The notes under the pieces were generated by a model. It ran no database searches, had not been told where the DNA came from, and worked only from the letters and a program-made list of their open reading frames with translations. A DNA stretch of 64,000 nt from Octopus sinensis (Eukaryota). Shown in pieces: positions 61,694-64,000 of the stretch. The position numbers and the translations under genes are program-made. Position 1 is the first letter of the stretch. Each line of letters opens with the position of its first letter. The stretch is taken from NCBI RefSeq assembly GCF_006345805.1, contig NC_043002.1, positions 8,246,001-8,310,000 on the forward strand. Direction: 5' to 3'.

Positions 61694-61916
61694 GCGTGTG
61701 TGTGTTTGTGTGTCTGTGTTTGTCCCCCTAGCATTACTTGACAACCGATGCTGGTGTGTTTATGTCCCTGTTACTTAGCGGTTCGGCAAAAGAGACCAAT
61801 AGAATAAGTACTGGGCTTACAAAAGAATAAGTCCCGGGGTCGAGTTGCTCGATTAAAGGCGGTGCTCCAGCATGCCCGCAGTCAAATGACTGAAACAAGT
61901 AAAAGAGTAAAAGAGT
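61507..61916 (+). mobile_element. SINE family C (further copies at 61965-62130 and 62390-62692)
   Basis: Full head, core and tail. Confidence 0.92.
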
Positions 61917-62804
61917 ATACTTACCTACATACACACACACATATATGTATACATATAGTGAAGCACAGGCATAGTTATGTGGTTAAGAGGTTCACATTAC
62001 AACCACATATTTTCGGGTTCACTTCCACTGCACAGTACCTTGGGTGTCTTCTACAATTGCTCTCAGCTGACGGTCTTGTGAGTGAATTTGGTAGATAGAA
62101 ACTGCAGGAAGCTCATTGTAAATGTATGAATGTGTGTGTATGAGAGAGAGAGAGAGTGTGTGTGTGTGCATGCAAATGCACACACACTGATAATACTGAC
62201 AGCATTCCTACACGTGTGTCTCGGTCCTGATTTGTTAGGTTATATCTTCCAGAAAAACGGATATTTTTTAATGAAATTTTTTACAAATAAGCTTCAGATA
62301 CTTTAGATTCTGATTATATTATTGGAATATATGGTGAAAAATTTGTTTCCAAGGGTGACACGAGGAGTTTTGGAAAATTCACACAGGAGGGCCGACCAAT
62401 GCTTTGTGAGTGGATTTGGTAGACGGAAACTGAAAGAAGCCTGTCGTATATATGTATATATATATGTGTGTGTGTGTATGTGTTTGTGTGTCTGTGTTTG
62501 TCCCCCTAGCATTGCTTGACAACCGATGCTGATGTGTTTATGTCCCCGTCACTTAGCGGTTCGGCAAAAGAGACCGATAGAATAAGTACTGGGCTTACAA
62601 AGAATAAGTCCCGGGGTCGAGTTGCTCGACTAAAAAGATGATGCTCCAGCATGGCTGCAGTCAAATGACTGAAACAAGTAAAAGAGTAAAGTGTATACAT
62701 ACTAACATGTCACACATCTAAAAAATGAAACTTGAAATTTCCAAAAAAATTGTTGTGTCAGTATGTATGTGTGCTTACTATTTTTCTTTTTACCTCAGAT
62801 TCTG

Positions 62805-63335
62805 ATCATCATCATCGTCGTTTAACGTCCGCTTTCCATGCTAGCATGGGTTGGACGATTTTGACTGAGGGCTGGCGAACCAAATGGCTGCACCGGGCTC
62901 CAATTTTGATCTGGCAGAGTTTCTACAGCTGGATACCCTTCCTAACACCAACCACTCCGAGAGTGTAGTGGGTACTTTTTATGTGTCAGTCAGGCGGTAC
63001 TGGCAACGACCTCGCTTGAATCCTTTTACACATGCCACCAGCACAGGTGCCTGTAAGGTAATGATCACGCTCAAATGGTGCCCTTTTACGTGCCACCGGC
63101 ACGGAAGCCAGTTGGCTGCTCTGGCAATGATCACGCTCGGATGGTGCTCTTAGCACCCTACTAGCACGGGCACAAGTGCCAGTAAGGTGACGCTGGTAAC
63201 AATCACACTCAAATGGTGCCTTTCATGTGCCACTGGCACAGAAGCTGGTTAACCGCTCTGTCAACGATCACACTTGTATGGTGCTCTTTGCACCCCGCTA
63301 GTACGGATGCCAGTTATCGAATGTGATTTTGATTC
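62805..63335 (-). mobile_element. RTE 3' UTR copy with array
   Basis: Parallels 498-1050, including the GATTTT repeats. Confidence 0.9.
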
Positions 63336-64000
63336 TGATATAATCATAATTTACACACTCTGAAAAGTATTTGTAGAAACCTCCATTAAAAAAATACCTA
63401 TTTTTCTGAAAGTTATGAGGAAACAAAACCAACTCATGTGAATTTTCCAAAATTCTTCTCCCCACCCACAAGAAACATTTTTCACAACATATTCCAGTAT
63501 AATTGGAATCTACAATATCTGAAGAGTATTGGTACAAAATAAAAAAAAAAATAAATATCCATTAGTCTGGAAGACATGAGGAAGCAACACTGGGGGAGGC
63601 AGGGCACATGTGTAAGAATGTCACACTGACATTCATTGTTGACATTTGACAAGGAATGCCAATTGCTCTGTGCTTTTGGCAACTTCTGGAATAAACAATT
63701 TATTAAAGGTAAGCGTTGGTGACAGGATTTACCATCCTTGCTTCAAATAACTCCACATCCAACTCCTGCTAGCATGGCAAAATGGACATTAAACAAAAGA
63801 ATATATATATATATATATAACTTATAAACAAGGGAAAAAGAAAAAATTCTAATGCAAAATATGCCGAAAATAGACAAATCGTCAATAACCATATAATTTA
63901 TCACTATAAGTACGTATTTATCGTTGATGAGGAGAAAATTCTTATGAATTAACTCTGAAATTGGGACCGATACAATAATAACGGTTTACTTCGAGATGCG

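Overview
Repeat-dense animal genomic DNA. The landscape (long (TA)n, (CA)n, (CAT)n and (AAT)n tracts, tRNA-derived SINEs, RTE LINEs) resembles a coleoid cephalopod such as Octopus; this is an inference, not a database result. One host coding exon is well supported: a minus-strand C3HC4 RING exon of a TRIM-like E3 ligase (7609-7870). The rest is mostly layered transposon debris: a 5'-truncated RTE LINE with its complete 3' UTR (34210-37650), at least 20 truncated copies of that UTR, a second RTE family split by a solo LTR, CR1-group LINE ends, Penelope-like RT and GIY-YIG remnants, two mariners, a Tc1, hAT fossils, several MITE types, Helentron-type elements and three tRNA-SINE families. The most notable observations are: (1) the commonest 'SINE-like' repeat is the RTE 3' UTR, which carries a variable array of hairpin units and a conserved terminal stem-loop; (2) both RTE families carry a PHD-type zinc finger directly after the RT core; (3) several long near-perfect palindromes, one containing half of a hammerhead ribozyme core; (4) nested insertion clusters that can be ordered by their target-site duplications (TSDs). 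I found no prokaryote-type system such as CRISPR. All coordinates were read by eye, so boundaries without a TSD are approximate.
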